A DNA stretch of 64,000 bases from Nemertoderma westbladi (GCA_032718475.1 JAUCBJ010008281.1:1-64000), one strand, 5' to 3'. Counted from the first letter of the stretch, positions 43,001 to 55,660 are shown. Numbers and translations: made by a program. The notes: generated by a model from the sequence alone, not told the origin.

Positions 43001-46000
43001 CTGGAGATGGTGTATCATGCACTGGTAAGTTAATCACATAATAATTTATATCCAATAAAAAATGTGCAAGTCAATATCCATTGAGTTTGACATATATATA
43101 AATTAATGAGAAAAATGTATATTTTCATTTAAATTAGATGATGATGAATGCGATAGCGGTACACACAATTGCCACAATAACGCCATCTGTACAAATGCTG
43201 ATGGTGGATTCACATGTGATTGCATTTTAGGCTATGGTGGAGATGGTGTATCATGCACTGGTAAGTTAATCACATAATAATTTATATCCAATAAAAAATG
43301 TGCAAGTCAATATCCATGGAGTTTGAAATATATATAAATTAATGAGAAAAAATTTATATTTTAATTTAAATTAGATGATGATGAATGCGATAGCGGTACA
43401 CACAATTGCCACAATAATGCCATCTGTACAAATGATGATGGTGGATTCACATGTGATTGCACTTCAGGCTATTCTGGAGATGGTGAATCATGCACTGGTA
43501 AGTTAATCACATAATAATTTATATCCAATAAAAAATGTGCAAGTCAATATCCATTGAGTTTGAAATATATATAAATTAATGAGAAAAATTTATATTTTCA
43601 TTTAAATTAGATGATGATGAATGCGATAGCAGTACACACAATTGCCACAATAATGCCATCTGTACAAATGATGATGGTGGATTCACATGTGATTGCATTT
43701 CAGGCTATGGTGGAGATGGTGTATCATGCACTGGTAAGTTAATCACATATTAATTTATCAATAAATTATGTGTAAGTCAATATCCATTGAGTTTGAAATA
43801 TATATAAATTAATGATGAAAAATTTATATTTTCATTTAAATTAGATGATGATGAATGCGATAGCGGTACACACAATTGCCACAATAATGCCATCTGTACA
43901 AATGATGATGGTGGATTCACATGTGATTGCATTTCAGGCTATGGTGGAGATGGTGTATCATGCACTGGTAAGTTAATCACATATTAATTTATCAATAAAT
44001 TATGTGTAAGTCAATATCCATTGAGTTTGAAATATATATAAATTAATGATGAAAAATTTATATTTTCATTTAAATTAGATGATGATGAATGCGATAGCGG
44101 TACACACAATTGCCACAATAATGCCATCTGTACAAATGATGATGGTGGATTCACATGTGATTGCATTTCAGGCTATGGTGGAGATGGTGTATCATGCACT
44201 GGTAAGTTAATCACATAATAGTTTATATCAATAAAAAATGTGCAAGTCAATATCCATGGAGTTTGAAATATATATAAATTAATGAGAAAAAATTTATATT
44301 TTAATTTAAATTAGATGATGATGAATGCGATAGCGGTACACACAATTGCCACAATAATGCCATCTGTACAAATGATGATGGTGGATTCACATGTGATTGC
44401 ATTTCAGGCTATTCTGGAGATGGTGTATCATGCACTGGTAAGTTAATCACATAATAATTTATATCCAATAAAAAATGTGCAAGTCAATATCCATGGAGTT
44501 TGAAATATATATAAATTAATGAGAAAAATTTATATTTTCATTTAAATTAGATGATGATGAATGCGATAGCGGTACACACAATTGCCACAATAATGCCATC
44601 TGTACAAATGATGATGGTGGATTCACATGTGATTGCATTTCGGGCTATTCTGGAGATGGTGTATCATGCACTGGTAAGTTAATCACATAATAGTTTATAT
44701 CAATAAAAAATGTGCAAGTCAATATCCATGGAGTTTGAAATATATATAAATTAATGAGAAAAATTTATATTTTCATTTAAATTAGATGATGATGAATGCG
44801 ATAGCGGTACACACAATTGCCACAATAATGCCAACTGTACAAATGATGATGGTGGATTCACATGTGATTGCATTTTAGGCTATTCTGGAGATGGTGTATC
44901 ATGCACTGGTAAGTTAATCACATCATAATTTATATCAATAAAATATGTGCAAGTCAATGTCCATTGAGTTTGAAGTACATATAAATTAATGAGAAAAATT
45001 ATATTTTCATTTAAATTAGATGATGATGAATGCGATAGCGGTACAAACAATTGCCACAATAATGCCATCTGTACAAATGATGATGGTGGATTCACATGTG
45101 ATTGCATTTCAGGCTATTCTGGAGATGGTGTATCATGCACTGGTAAGTTAATCACATAATAATTTAAATCAATAAAAAATGTGCAAGTCAATATCCATGG
45201 AGTTTGAAATATATATAAATTAATGAGAAAAACTTTATATTTTCATTTAAATTAGATGATGATGAATGCGATAGCGGTACACACAATTGCCACAATAATG
45301 CCATTTGTACAAATGATGAAGGTGGATTCACATGTGATTGCATTTCAGGCTATTCTGGAGATGGTGTATCATGCACTGGTAAGTTAATCACATAATAATT
45401 TATATCAATAAAAAATGTGCAAGTCAATATCCATGGAGTTTGAAATATATATAAATTAATGAGAAAAAATTTATATTTTAATTTAAATTAGATGATGATG
45501 AATGCCATAGCGGTATACACAATTGCCACAATAATGCCATCTGTACAAATGATGATGGTGGATTCACATGTGATTGCATTTCAGGCTATTCTGGAGATGG
45601 TGTATCATGCACTGGTAAGTTAATCACATAATAATTTATATCCAATAAAAAATGTGCAAGTCAATATCCATTGAGTTTGAAATATATATAAATTAATGAG
45701 AAAAAATTTATATTTAATCATTTAATTTAGATGATGATGAATGCGATAGCAGTACACACAATTGCCACAATAACGCCATCTGTACAAATGATGATGGTGG
45801 ATTCACATGTGATTGCATTTTAGGCTATTCTGGAGATGGTGTATCATGCACTGGTAAGTTAATCACATCATAATTTATATCAATAAAAAATGTGCAAGTC
45901 AATGTCCATTGAGTTTGAAGTACATATAAATTAATGAGAAAAATTATATTTTCATTTAAATTAGATGATGATGAATGCGATAGTGGTACACACAATTGCC

Positions 46001-49000
46001 ACAACAATGCAAACTGTACAAATGATGATGGTGGATTCACATGTGACTGCAATTCAGGCTATTCTGGAGATGGTGTATCATGCACTGGTAAGTTAATCAC
46101 ATCATAATTTATATCAATAAAAAATGTGCAAGTCAATGTCCATTGAGTTTGAAATATATATAAATTAATGAGTAAAAATTATATTTTCATTTAAATTAGA
46201 TGATGATGAATGTGATGGTGGTACACACAATTGCCACAACAATGCAAACTGTACAAATGATGATGGTGGATTCACATGTGACTGCAATTCAGGCTATTCT
46301 GGAGATGGTGTAACATGCACTGGTAAGTTATTCACATAATAATTTATATCCAATAAAAAATGTGCAAGTCAATATTGGTTGAGTTTGAAATATATATACA
46401 TTAATGAGAAAAATTTATATTTTCATTTAAATTAGATGATGATGAATGCGATAGCGGTACACACAATTGCCACAATAATGCCATCTGTACAAATGATGAT
46501 GGTGGATTCACATGTGATTGCATTTTAGGCTATTCTGGAGATGGTGAATCATGCACTGGTAAGTTAATCACATAATAATTTATCAATAAAAAATGTGCAA
46601 GTCAATATCCATTGAGTTTGAAATATATATAAATTATTGAGAAAAATTATATTTTCATTTAAATTAGATGATGATGAATGCGATAACGGTACACACAACT
46701 GCCACAATAATGCCATCTGTACAAATGATGATGGTGGATTCACATGTGATTGCACTTCAGGCTATTCTGGAGATGGTGAATCATGCACTGGTAAGTTAAT
46801 CACATAATAATTTATCAATAAATTATGTGTAAGTCAATATCCTTTGAGTTTGAAATATATATAAATTATTGAGAAAAATGTATATTTTCATTTAAATTAG
46901 ATGATGATGAATGCGACAGCGGTACACACAATTGCCACAATAATGCCATCTGTACAAATGATGATGGTGGATTCACATGTGATTGCATTTCAGGCTATTC
47001 TGGAGATGGTGAATCATGCACTTGTAAGTTAATCACATAATAATTTATCAATAAATTATGTGTAAGTCAATATCCGTTGAGTTTGAAATATATATAAATT
47101 ATTGAGAAAAATGTATATTTTCATTTAAATTAGATGATGATGAATGCGACAGCGGTACACACAATTGCCACAATAATGCCATCTGTACAAATGATGATGG
47201 TGGATTCACATGTGATTGCATTTTAGGCTATTCTGGAGATGGTGTATCATGCACTGGTAAGTTAATCACATAATAATTTTCATCCAATATAAAATGTGCA
47301 AGTCAATATCCATTGATTTTGAAATATATATAAATTAATGAGATAAAATTTATATTTTAATTTAAATTAGATGATGATGAATGCGATAGCGGTACACACA
47401 ATTGCCACAATAATGCCATCTGTACAAATGATGATGGTGGATTCACATGTGATTGCATTTTAGGCTATTCTGGAGATGGTGTATCATGCACTGGTAAGTT
47501 AATGACATAATAATTTATCACTAAATAATGTGCAAGTCAGTATCCATTGAGTTGGAAATATATAAATTAATGCGTAAAAATTATATTTTCATTTAAATTA
47601 GATGATGATGAATGCGATAGCAGTACACACAATTGCCACAACAATGCAAACTGTACAAATGATGATGGTGGATTCACATGTGATTGCAATTCAGGCTATT
47701 CTGGAGATGGTGTATCATGCACTGGTAAGTTAATCACATAATAATTTATCAATAAATTATGTGTAAGTCAATATCCATTGAGTTTGAAATATATATAAAT
47801 TATTGAGAATAATTTATATTTTCGTTAAATTAGATGATGATGAATGCGATAGCGGTACACACAATTGCCACAATAATGCCATCTGTACAAATGATGATGG
47901 TGGATTTACATGTGATTGCATTTTAGGCTATTCTGGAGATGGTGTATCATGCACTGGTAAGTTAATCACATCATAATTTATATCAATAAAAAATGTGCAA
48001 GTCAATGTCCATTGAGTTTGAAATATATATAACTTAATGAGAAAAATTTATATTTTCATTTAAATTAGATGATGATGAATGCGATAGCGGTACACACAAT
48101 TGCCACAATAATGCCATCTGTACAAATGATGATGGTGGATTCACATGTGATTGCACTTCAGGCTATTCTGGAGATGGTGTATCATGCACTGGTAAGTTAA
48201 TCACATAATAATTTATCAATAAATTATGTGTAAGTCAATATCCATTGAGTTTGAAATATATATAAATTATTGAGAATAATTTATATTTTCGTTAAATTTG
48301 ATGATGATGAATGCGATAGTGATACACACAATTGCCACAATAATGCCATCTGTACAAATGATGATGGTGGATTCTCATGTGATTGCATTTCAGGCTATTC
48401 TGGAGATGGTGTATCATGCACTGGTAAGTTAATCACATAATAATTTATCAATAAATTATGTGTAAGTCAATATCCATTGAGTTTGAAATATATATAAATT
48501 ATTGAGAATAATTTATATTTTCGTTAAATTAGATGATGATGAATGCGATAGCGGTACACACAATTGCCACAATAATGCCATCTGTACAAATGATGATGGT
48601 GGATTCTCATGTGATTGCATTTCAGGCTATTCTGGAGATGGTGTATCATGCACTGGTAAGTTAATCACATAATAATTTATCAATAAATTATGTGTAAGTC
48701 AATATCCATTGAGTTTGAAATATATATAAATTAATGAGAAAAATTATATTTTCATTTAAATTAGATGATGATGAATGCGATAGCGGTACACACAATTGCC
48801 ACAATAATGCCATCTGTACAAATGATGATGGTGGATTCTCATGTGATTGCATTTCAGGCTATTCTGGAGATGGTGTATCATGCACTGGTAAGTTAATCAC
48901 ATAATAATTTACATCCAATAAAAAATGTGCAAGTCAATATCCATTGAGTTTGAAATATATATAAATTAATGAGAAAAAATTTATATTTTCATTTAAATTA

Positions 49001-51713
49001 GATGATGATGAATGCGATAGCGGTACACACAATTGCCACAATAATGCCATCTGTACAAATGATGATGGTGGATTCTCATGTGATTGCATTTCAGGCTATT
49101 CTGGAGATGGTGTATCATGCACTGGTAAGTTAATCACATAATAATTTATCAATATATTATGTGTAAGTCAATATCCATTGAGTTTGAAATATATATAAAT
49201 TATTGAGAATAATTTATATTTTCGTTAAATTAGATGATGATGAATGCGATAGTGGTACACACAACTGCCACAATAATGCCATCTGTACAAATGATGATGG
49301 TGGATTCTCATGTGATTGCATTTCAGGCTATTCTGGAGATGGTGTATCATGCACTGGTAAGTTAATCACATAATAATTTATCAATAAATTATGTGTAAGT
49401 CAATATCCATTGAGTTTGAAATATATATAAATTAATGAGAAAAATTATATTTTCATTTAAATTAGATGATGATGAATGCGATAGCGGTACACACAATTGC
49501 CACAATAATGCCATCTGTACAAATGATGATGGTGGATTCTCATGTGATTGCATTTCAGGCTATTCTGGAGATGGTGTATCATGCACTGGTAAGTTAATCA
49601 CATAATAATTTACATCCAATAAAAAATGTGCAAGTCAATATCCATTGAGTTTGAAATATATATAAATTAATGAGAAAAAATTTATATTTTCATTTAAATT
49701 AGATGATGATGAATGCGATAGCGGTACACACAATTGCCACAATAATGCCATCTGTACAAATGATGATGGTGGATTCACATGTGATTGCATTTTAGCCTAT
49801 TCTGGAGATGGTGTATCATGCACTGGTAAGTTAATCACATAATAATTTATATCCAATAAAAAATGTGCAAGTCAATATCCATTGAGTTTGAAATATATAT
49901 AAATTAATGAGAAAAAATGTATATTTTCATTTAAATTAGATAATGATGAATGCGATAGCGGTACACACAATTGCCACAATAATGCCAACTGTACAAATGA
50001 TGATGGTGGATTCACATGTGATTGCATTTCAGGCTATTCTGGAGATGGTGTATCATGCACTGGTAAGTTAATCACATAATAATTTATCAATAAATTATGT
50101 GTAAGTCAATATCCATTGAGTTGGAAATATATATAAATTAATGAGAAAAAATTTATATTTTCATTTAAATTAGATGATGATGAATGCGATAGCGGTACAC
50201 ACAATTGCCACAATAATGCCAACTGTACAAATGATGATGGTGGATTCACATGTGATTGCATTTCAGGCTATTCTGGAGATGGTGTATCATGCACTGGTAA
50301 GTTAATCACATAATAATTTATATCCAATAAAAAATGTGCAAGTCAATATCCATTGAGTTTGAAATATATATAAATTAATGAGAAAAAATGTATATTTTCA
50401 TTTAAATTAGATAATGATGAATGCGATAGCGGTACACACAATTGCCACAATAATGCCAACTGTACAAATGATGATGGTGGATTCACATGTGATTGCATTT
50501 CGGGCTATTCTGGAGATGGTGTATTATGCACTGGTAAGTTAATCACATAATAATTTATATCAATAAAAAATGTGCAAGTCAATATCCATTGAGTTTGAAA
50601 TATATATAAATTAATGAGAAAAATTATATTTTCATTTAAATTAGATGACGATGAATGCGATAGTGGTACAAACAATTGCCACAATAATGCCATCTGTACA
50701 AATCATGATGGTGGATTCACATGTGATTGCATTTCAGGCTATTCTGGAGATGGTGTATCATGCACTGGTAAGTTAATCACATAATAATTTATATCAATAA
50801 AAAATGTGCAAGTCAATATCCATTGAGTTTGAAATATATATAAATTAATGAGAAAAATTATATTTTCATTTAAATTAGATGATGATGAATGCGATAGTGG
50901 TACAAACAATTGCCACAATAATGCCAACTGTACAAATGATGATGGTGGATTCACATGTGATTGCATTTCAGGCTATTCTGGAGATGGTGTATCATGCACT
51001 GGTAAGTTAATCACATATTAATTTACATCCAATAAAAAATGTGCAAGTCAATGTCCATTGAGTTTGAAATATATATAAATTAATGAGAAAAATTTATATT
51101 TTCATTTAAATTAGATGATGATGAATGCGATAGCGGTACACACAATTGCCACAATAATGCCAACTGTACAAATGATGATGGTGGATTCACATGTGATTGC
51201 ATTTCAGGCTATGCTGGAGATGGTGTATCATGCACTGGTCAGTTAATCACATAATAATTTATATCAATAAAATATGTGCAAGTCAATGTCCATTGAGTTT
51301 GAAATATATATAAATTAATGAGAAAAATTATATTTTCATTTAAATTAGATGACGATGAATGCGATAGCAGTACACACAATTGCCACAATAATGCCATCTG
51401 TACAAATGATGATGGTGGATTCACATGTGATTGCATTACAGGCTATTCTGGAGATGGTGTATCATGCACTGGTAAGTTAATTAATAATATCATTATTTAA
51501 ATCCAATAAAAAATGTGATAAGTCAAAACCCATTGCATTTGGGATTTATATGAATTAAAGGGTTATTTTTTTAACTTAACATTTATTTAGATGATGATGA
51601 ATGTGATAGCGGTAAACACAATTGCCACAATAATGCCATCTGTACAAATATTGCTGGTGGATTCAGTTGTGAATGTGATACAGGCTTTTCTGGCAATGGT
51701 GTATCATGTGCTG
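16637..51713 (+). CDS. Internal part of a giant multi-exon gene: ~137 tandem phase-1 exons, each one calcium-binding EGF-like domain (fibrillin/fibulin-type cbEGF polymer)
   Basis: Unit is AG|123-bp exon|GTAAG plus a ~110-bp AT-rich intron. Consensus [41 protein letters not shown] has 6 Cys, the D-x-D-E-C calcium motif and the C-x-N-x4-F-x-C hydroxylation motif. I saw no stop, frameshift or Cys loss. Start and stop exons are outside the window and expression is not shown. Confidence 0.85.
22273..22512 (-). mobile_element. tRNA-derived SINE (5'-truncated) in the C-D intron, copy 1
   Basis: GC-richer island in an AT-rich intron. The minus strand begins AGGTCGTGGGTTCGATCCTCACATGGGCCA (B box and tRNA 3' half) and ends in a (TTTTAC)-like simple tail. 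Confidence 0.7.
22781..26722 (+). repeat. EGF higher-order block 2: D, 14 A, B, C
   Basis: D exon 22781-22903 ([16 protein letters not shown]), B 26302-26424, C 26597-26722. Confidence 0.88.
26994..27234 (-). mobile_element. tRNA-derived SINE, copy 2 (duplicated with the block)
   Basis: Near-identical to 22273-22512 with the same flanks. Confidence 0.7.
27530..38033 (+). repeat. EGF higher-order block 3: D, 42 A, B, C
   Basis: D 27530-27652, B 37621-37743, C 37908-38033. Confidence 0.88.
38303..38543 (-). mobile_element. tRNA-derived SINE, copy 3
   Basis: Near-identical to 22273-22512 with the same flanks. Confidence 0.7.
38839..41835 (+). repeat. EGF higher-order block 4: D, 10 A, B, C
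   Basis: D 38839-38961, B 41422-41544, C 41710-41835. Confidence 0.88.
42106..42346 (-). mobile_element. tRNA-derived SINE, copy 4
   Basis: Near-identical to 22273-22512 with the same flanks. Confidence 0.7.
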
Positions 51714-51831
51714 GTAAGAAAATACCGTATTGTTCTAAATACAAATGAGATTAATAAATAATAACATAATAATAACACAATTACTCAAGTTCAAATGTGA
51801 AATGTAGATTAAATTGCGAACCAAAGATAAC
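42669..51831 (+). repeat. EGF higher-order block 5: D, 37 A, B, then interrupted in the B-C intron by LTR copy 2
   Basis: D 42669-42791, B 51591-51713. The intron reads CCAAAGATAAC and then switches to the LTR, whereas other blocks continue AATAATTTAGAGG. Confidence 0.88.
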
Positions 51832-52871
51832 TGTAAAAGCTTTTGTGGGATAACTGATACGTTTGCCTTTGCTGGCCAGTTCCCCCCCAGTCGCTAGAAT
51901 ACTCTCAAAGGGATTTATAACTAAAATAGTGCAAGCTACCAGCTTATTGGCTGATGTGCTGTACGGAAATATCTGGGCTCAGTTTAATCGGCCAACTAGC
52001 TTAGAGAGGTTGCCTTAGCCTTGCTGTTCGTGTCGGCCAATAGAATTTGCGTAGGCGTTGATTTCGACCTATCCCAGCGCTACTGAACTGAATTTCCTAT
52101 CTCTATGCTCATCCTCTGTGTTGAACGGGGCTTCGTGGAATAAGAGTTTTTGGTATACTCGTATAGTGGTAGTAGTCATATGATTTTATATGATTCTGTT
52201 GTTGTGTTCCCATTTTCGCCATAACACCGGCTTTTTGGGAAGAACTCTAGTAAAACTGCTTAAATTATCGAAAGTATAAACTGTTACCGAATCCGAACCA
52301 ACGAATCCTCACTAACGCATCTTAACATACTCACTTAATTTAACTGCATTAATCATATTGTTTGTACTGTTATTTTACCGTCAGTTATTAATTGTATCTA
52401 TTTTTGTTGATGGAAATATTGCTCTTTGGATAATACGGATAAATCACCCAAATTTCCCAATTTTCTTGATACACTACAGGTTAGAGAGACCGGCTATACA
52501 TAACAATTGCGATTTATATTAATGTGGTGTGTATTAAATCTAATGTTATTTAGCAGACCCTACATGAGTCAATTACTGCTCTCTTTATGTGTGATCAAAT
52601 ATACTGACGGTCGGCAGAATAGTGTGCATGATTGTGATTGGTAACAAAGTATTTCCTAAAGAATACGCTTTATACTTTAATCATAAGCAGTATCGTTGCG
52701 TTTAGTATAAGTCCTAGCTCTGTTTAAATAGATAGAGCGCCACGTCCTAAAGGAACTGTTAATATTTCCCGAAAGCCAATAATATCTGTCAGAAATTAAT
52801 TATTAACGATCTATCGAATAATACAGTAAGTTTACGCTGCAACCTTACACTGCAATAATAAAATTTAAGCA
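51832..52871 (+). repeat. 5' LTR of copy 2 (at least 1040 bp; true 3' end not determinable)
   Basis: Matches 62960-64000 up to the window edge. It starts with TG. I could not recognise a primer-binding site. Confidence 0.9.
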
Positions 52872-53335
52872 TCCGAATTCAGCCTCCCGGGTGTAGATCC
52901 ATCGGGTGAATGATCGCGCATGGGCTGACTTCGGCTAATGTTTTGCGTATTAGCATAAAATATTGTCGTATGCTAAAGGTGTTTTAATTAACTAAAAGAC
53001 ATATAAATTTTGGCAGGTTAAACTGCTAAAGGTCTTCAAAAGCGCGAACAGTAACAGTTTATGATCTTATTGCAGTAGGCAATAAGGTTGCAAAATACCG
53101 TAGTAACCGGTATTTCTGTAGGTCTGTAGGCCCAACTGTCCTAACCGGTACTGCTGTACAAATACATTTAGTATTATTCGATTTTGATTATTGTATACCG
53201 GTAGGTCTCGATATTAAATCGGGGACGCCTGGTTTTTATTGGGATTTTACTTAGGTCTATTTCTGTCAGTTTTATTTCCTAGTAGGCTAATATTGAGCAG
53301 AAGGCGTGTGACCCTGCTCAGATTGTTCAGATAAT

Positions 53336-53860
53336 TGTAGGCTGAGCTGCTGTCTGACTGTTGTTGAGTTTGGAGAGATTACGGCGTGTGTAGAGTTTGT
53401 CTGATAAAGTGCCGTTAGTAAGTTGGGGCAGCCATATGCGGTAAGGTCAATCCCCTCTTAAAGAATAAGTCGTACTACCGTGTTAGAACGCATACTAACT
53501 AACAGTTTCAGAGTCTGCATATACTGTAGTTTATTTAGGCTTGATCGTAGTCTGCCAGTGTTTTAGCCTGTGTTTGTTTGTGTAGTCTGTTCAGGTACCG
53601 TAATAGTTATTACTCAGATATTTTGTAGGCTGGATTGTTGTCTAACTATTCTTAGGCCTGAAGGGATTGCTGCGTGTGTAGAGTTGGTCTGATAAAGTGC
53701 CGTTAGTAAGTTGGGGCAGCCATATGCGGTAAGGTCAATCCCCTCTTAAAGAGTAAGTCGTACTACCGTGTTAGAATGCATACTAACTAACAGTTTCAGA
53801 ATCTGCACATACTGTAGTTTGTTTAGGCTTGATAGTAGTTTGCCAGCGTTTGGTTTGTAT
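53336..53860. repeat. 288-bp-period tandem duplication in the leader of copy 2
   Basis: AGTTGGGGCAGCCATATGCGG at 53421 and 53709. Confidence 0.85.
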
Positions 53861-54189
53861 TTGTTTGAGTATTCTGTACGGGTAGCGTAATATTTATTAT
53901 TCAGAGTTTATGCGATTATTCGCAACATTCATGTCCCCAAGTTTATTCCTACAGTAATTGTGCTTGTTATACATACCGTTATGGTTAAACTAACCCCGGT
54001 ACTACATCAGGGCTGCTCGGCGTAGGTAAAGACTGGAGATTTTGTGCTTCGGTCACTCCAGCAGATGCCGTGGTTCTTTTAACTGTTCAAGTATATTTAA
54101 CTACTGATTATTTGTTATACCGGTACTTGTACCTAATTTAGGGTTTAGTGTACAGTGCTTTCCGAAGTAATTAGTGTAGGCAGTATATT

Positions 54190-54747
54190 CAGTAAGGATT
54201 AATATCCCTGTGAGGATAGTGAAAATTTTGAAAAATGTCTCTGCTAAGCTAGTGGTACTCTCTCTACTAAGACATTTTATCATTATTTTAGTTTTTTTAG
54301 TTTGCGCAGCCAATGGGGCATTTCCTGACTATGGCATACACTATTTTCAGAAGAAACATGTGTCAGTTACTTACTCACGAAGTTAACTGTACTCGCCCTG
54401 TTAAGTTAGTTTTTCTTATTTAATTTGATATTAAATCACTATCCTAACTAAGAGAGTATGTAACTGACCTAGCTAGGATAGTTTACTCACTGATTGTACC
54501 GAGCTCTCAGAATGGATCATTAAGTATACGTTTTAGTGTTCCTTTGTAAAATTGGACTTTGTACATAGCTCAAGCATGAAAATGACATCTACATTATTCT
54601 GATACAACATGTACATTCTTGCGCAAAATGCAATTTCTGATTTATCCCAAATATCCTAGTGAGGTTAGATGTACTGCCTCGGCTAAGCGATTTTTTAAAT
54701 TTTAATCAATTTCACCACTGACTCCGCCAAGATATTAATCCTTACTG
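54190..54747. mobile_element. MITE (558 bp) nested in the leader of copy 2
   Basis: Perfect 17-bp TIRs CAGTAAGGATTAATATC / GATATTAATCCTTACTG with a 5-bp TSD ATATT (54185-54189, 54748-54752). The homologous site in copy 1 (~10570-10590) is empty. Confidence 0.92.
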
Positions 54748-55660
54748 ATATTTGTGTTGTAAAGTGGTTGATAGGCACATTCGTTAGCTCTATTAGCTTC
54801 TGGGTAGGAACAATCCGTGATACATAACGTAGTACCTATAGCGATACGGTTATAGGTCGTCAGGCGGTGGTATTTTCCTATCTGGACAGTACAATATATT
54901 TACTACTACTTATTATTTAAATACCGTAGTACCCTGTCCGTTGTAATAACCAGAAATCTAACCCTTTGTTAGACTGGTTTGTAGACTTCCTGTAAAATTA
55001 CCCTAAAAAATTCGTACGTAATATTTTGTTGTGTTTAATTAGAGAATTAATCTCACCAGTATAGTAAGTAATTTGTAGTATTAAGTAACTTAGGTAAATT
55101 AGAATTATCTGTTTTAGTGTCCCATAGGTAGCACTTCACTGAGAGCGCACAGCTTCTGTGTAGTGACTCCCCCAGAAATAATAACATTTATTTCAAATAT
55201 TGACAAAAACCCATTTAAACGGGTATATAAATAATATAAATCAACTCAAACGATTTATAAATAGTAGGCCTGTCATACAACAACTAGGTCTCACTATCAG
55301 TTGGACTACTGCTTAAATAACGGTAATAAAGTAAGTTAAAGTAACCAAGTAACCCTAAAATATTCAGAAATTCAATTATTCTAAAAAATAATTGACATAC
55401 CGGTACTTACCATAGGCTTATTATATATATTTATATATATTTGTGCTAAAATTATATACCGGTACTCTGTGACAAATCTAGTCTGTAATAATACTTATAT
55501 ATATACTATAAGCATACCGGTATTCTAATATATTATATATATATCACGCTACACTGAGTAGCAGTATCGGTAATTAATTGTTAGGCTAACGGTGATACTG
55601 AATTACTAGACTTACTTTGACTGTATTTATAGCCGTAGGCATTCAACTGTGTAAACAAAC

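Noticed and set aside
9605-51436. Dozens of minus-strand ORFs beginning [13 protein letters not shown]
   Set aside because: Antisense shadows of the EGF exons. Their lengths vary with intron indels and they show no domain signal.
16637-51713. Assigning a gene symbol such as FBN, fibropellin or Notch
   Set aside because: Only EGF modules are visible. No TB, CUB, avidin, LNR or TM domain is present to define orthology.
16637-51713. The whole array as an assembly artefact
   Set aside because: Units and blocks carry many private SNPs, indels and minisatellite counts. Individual recent sub-duplications still need read support.
16540-51720. CRISPR-like repeat/spacer array
   Set aside because: The constant part is a 123-bp coding exon and the variable part is a near-identical GT-AG intron. 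There are no unique spacers or cas genes, and the context is eukaryotic.
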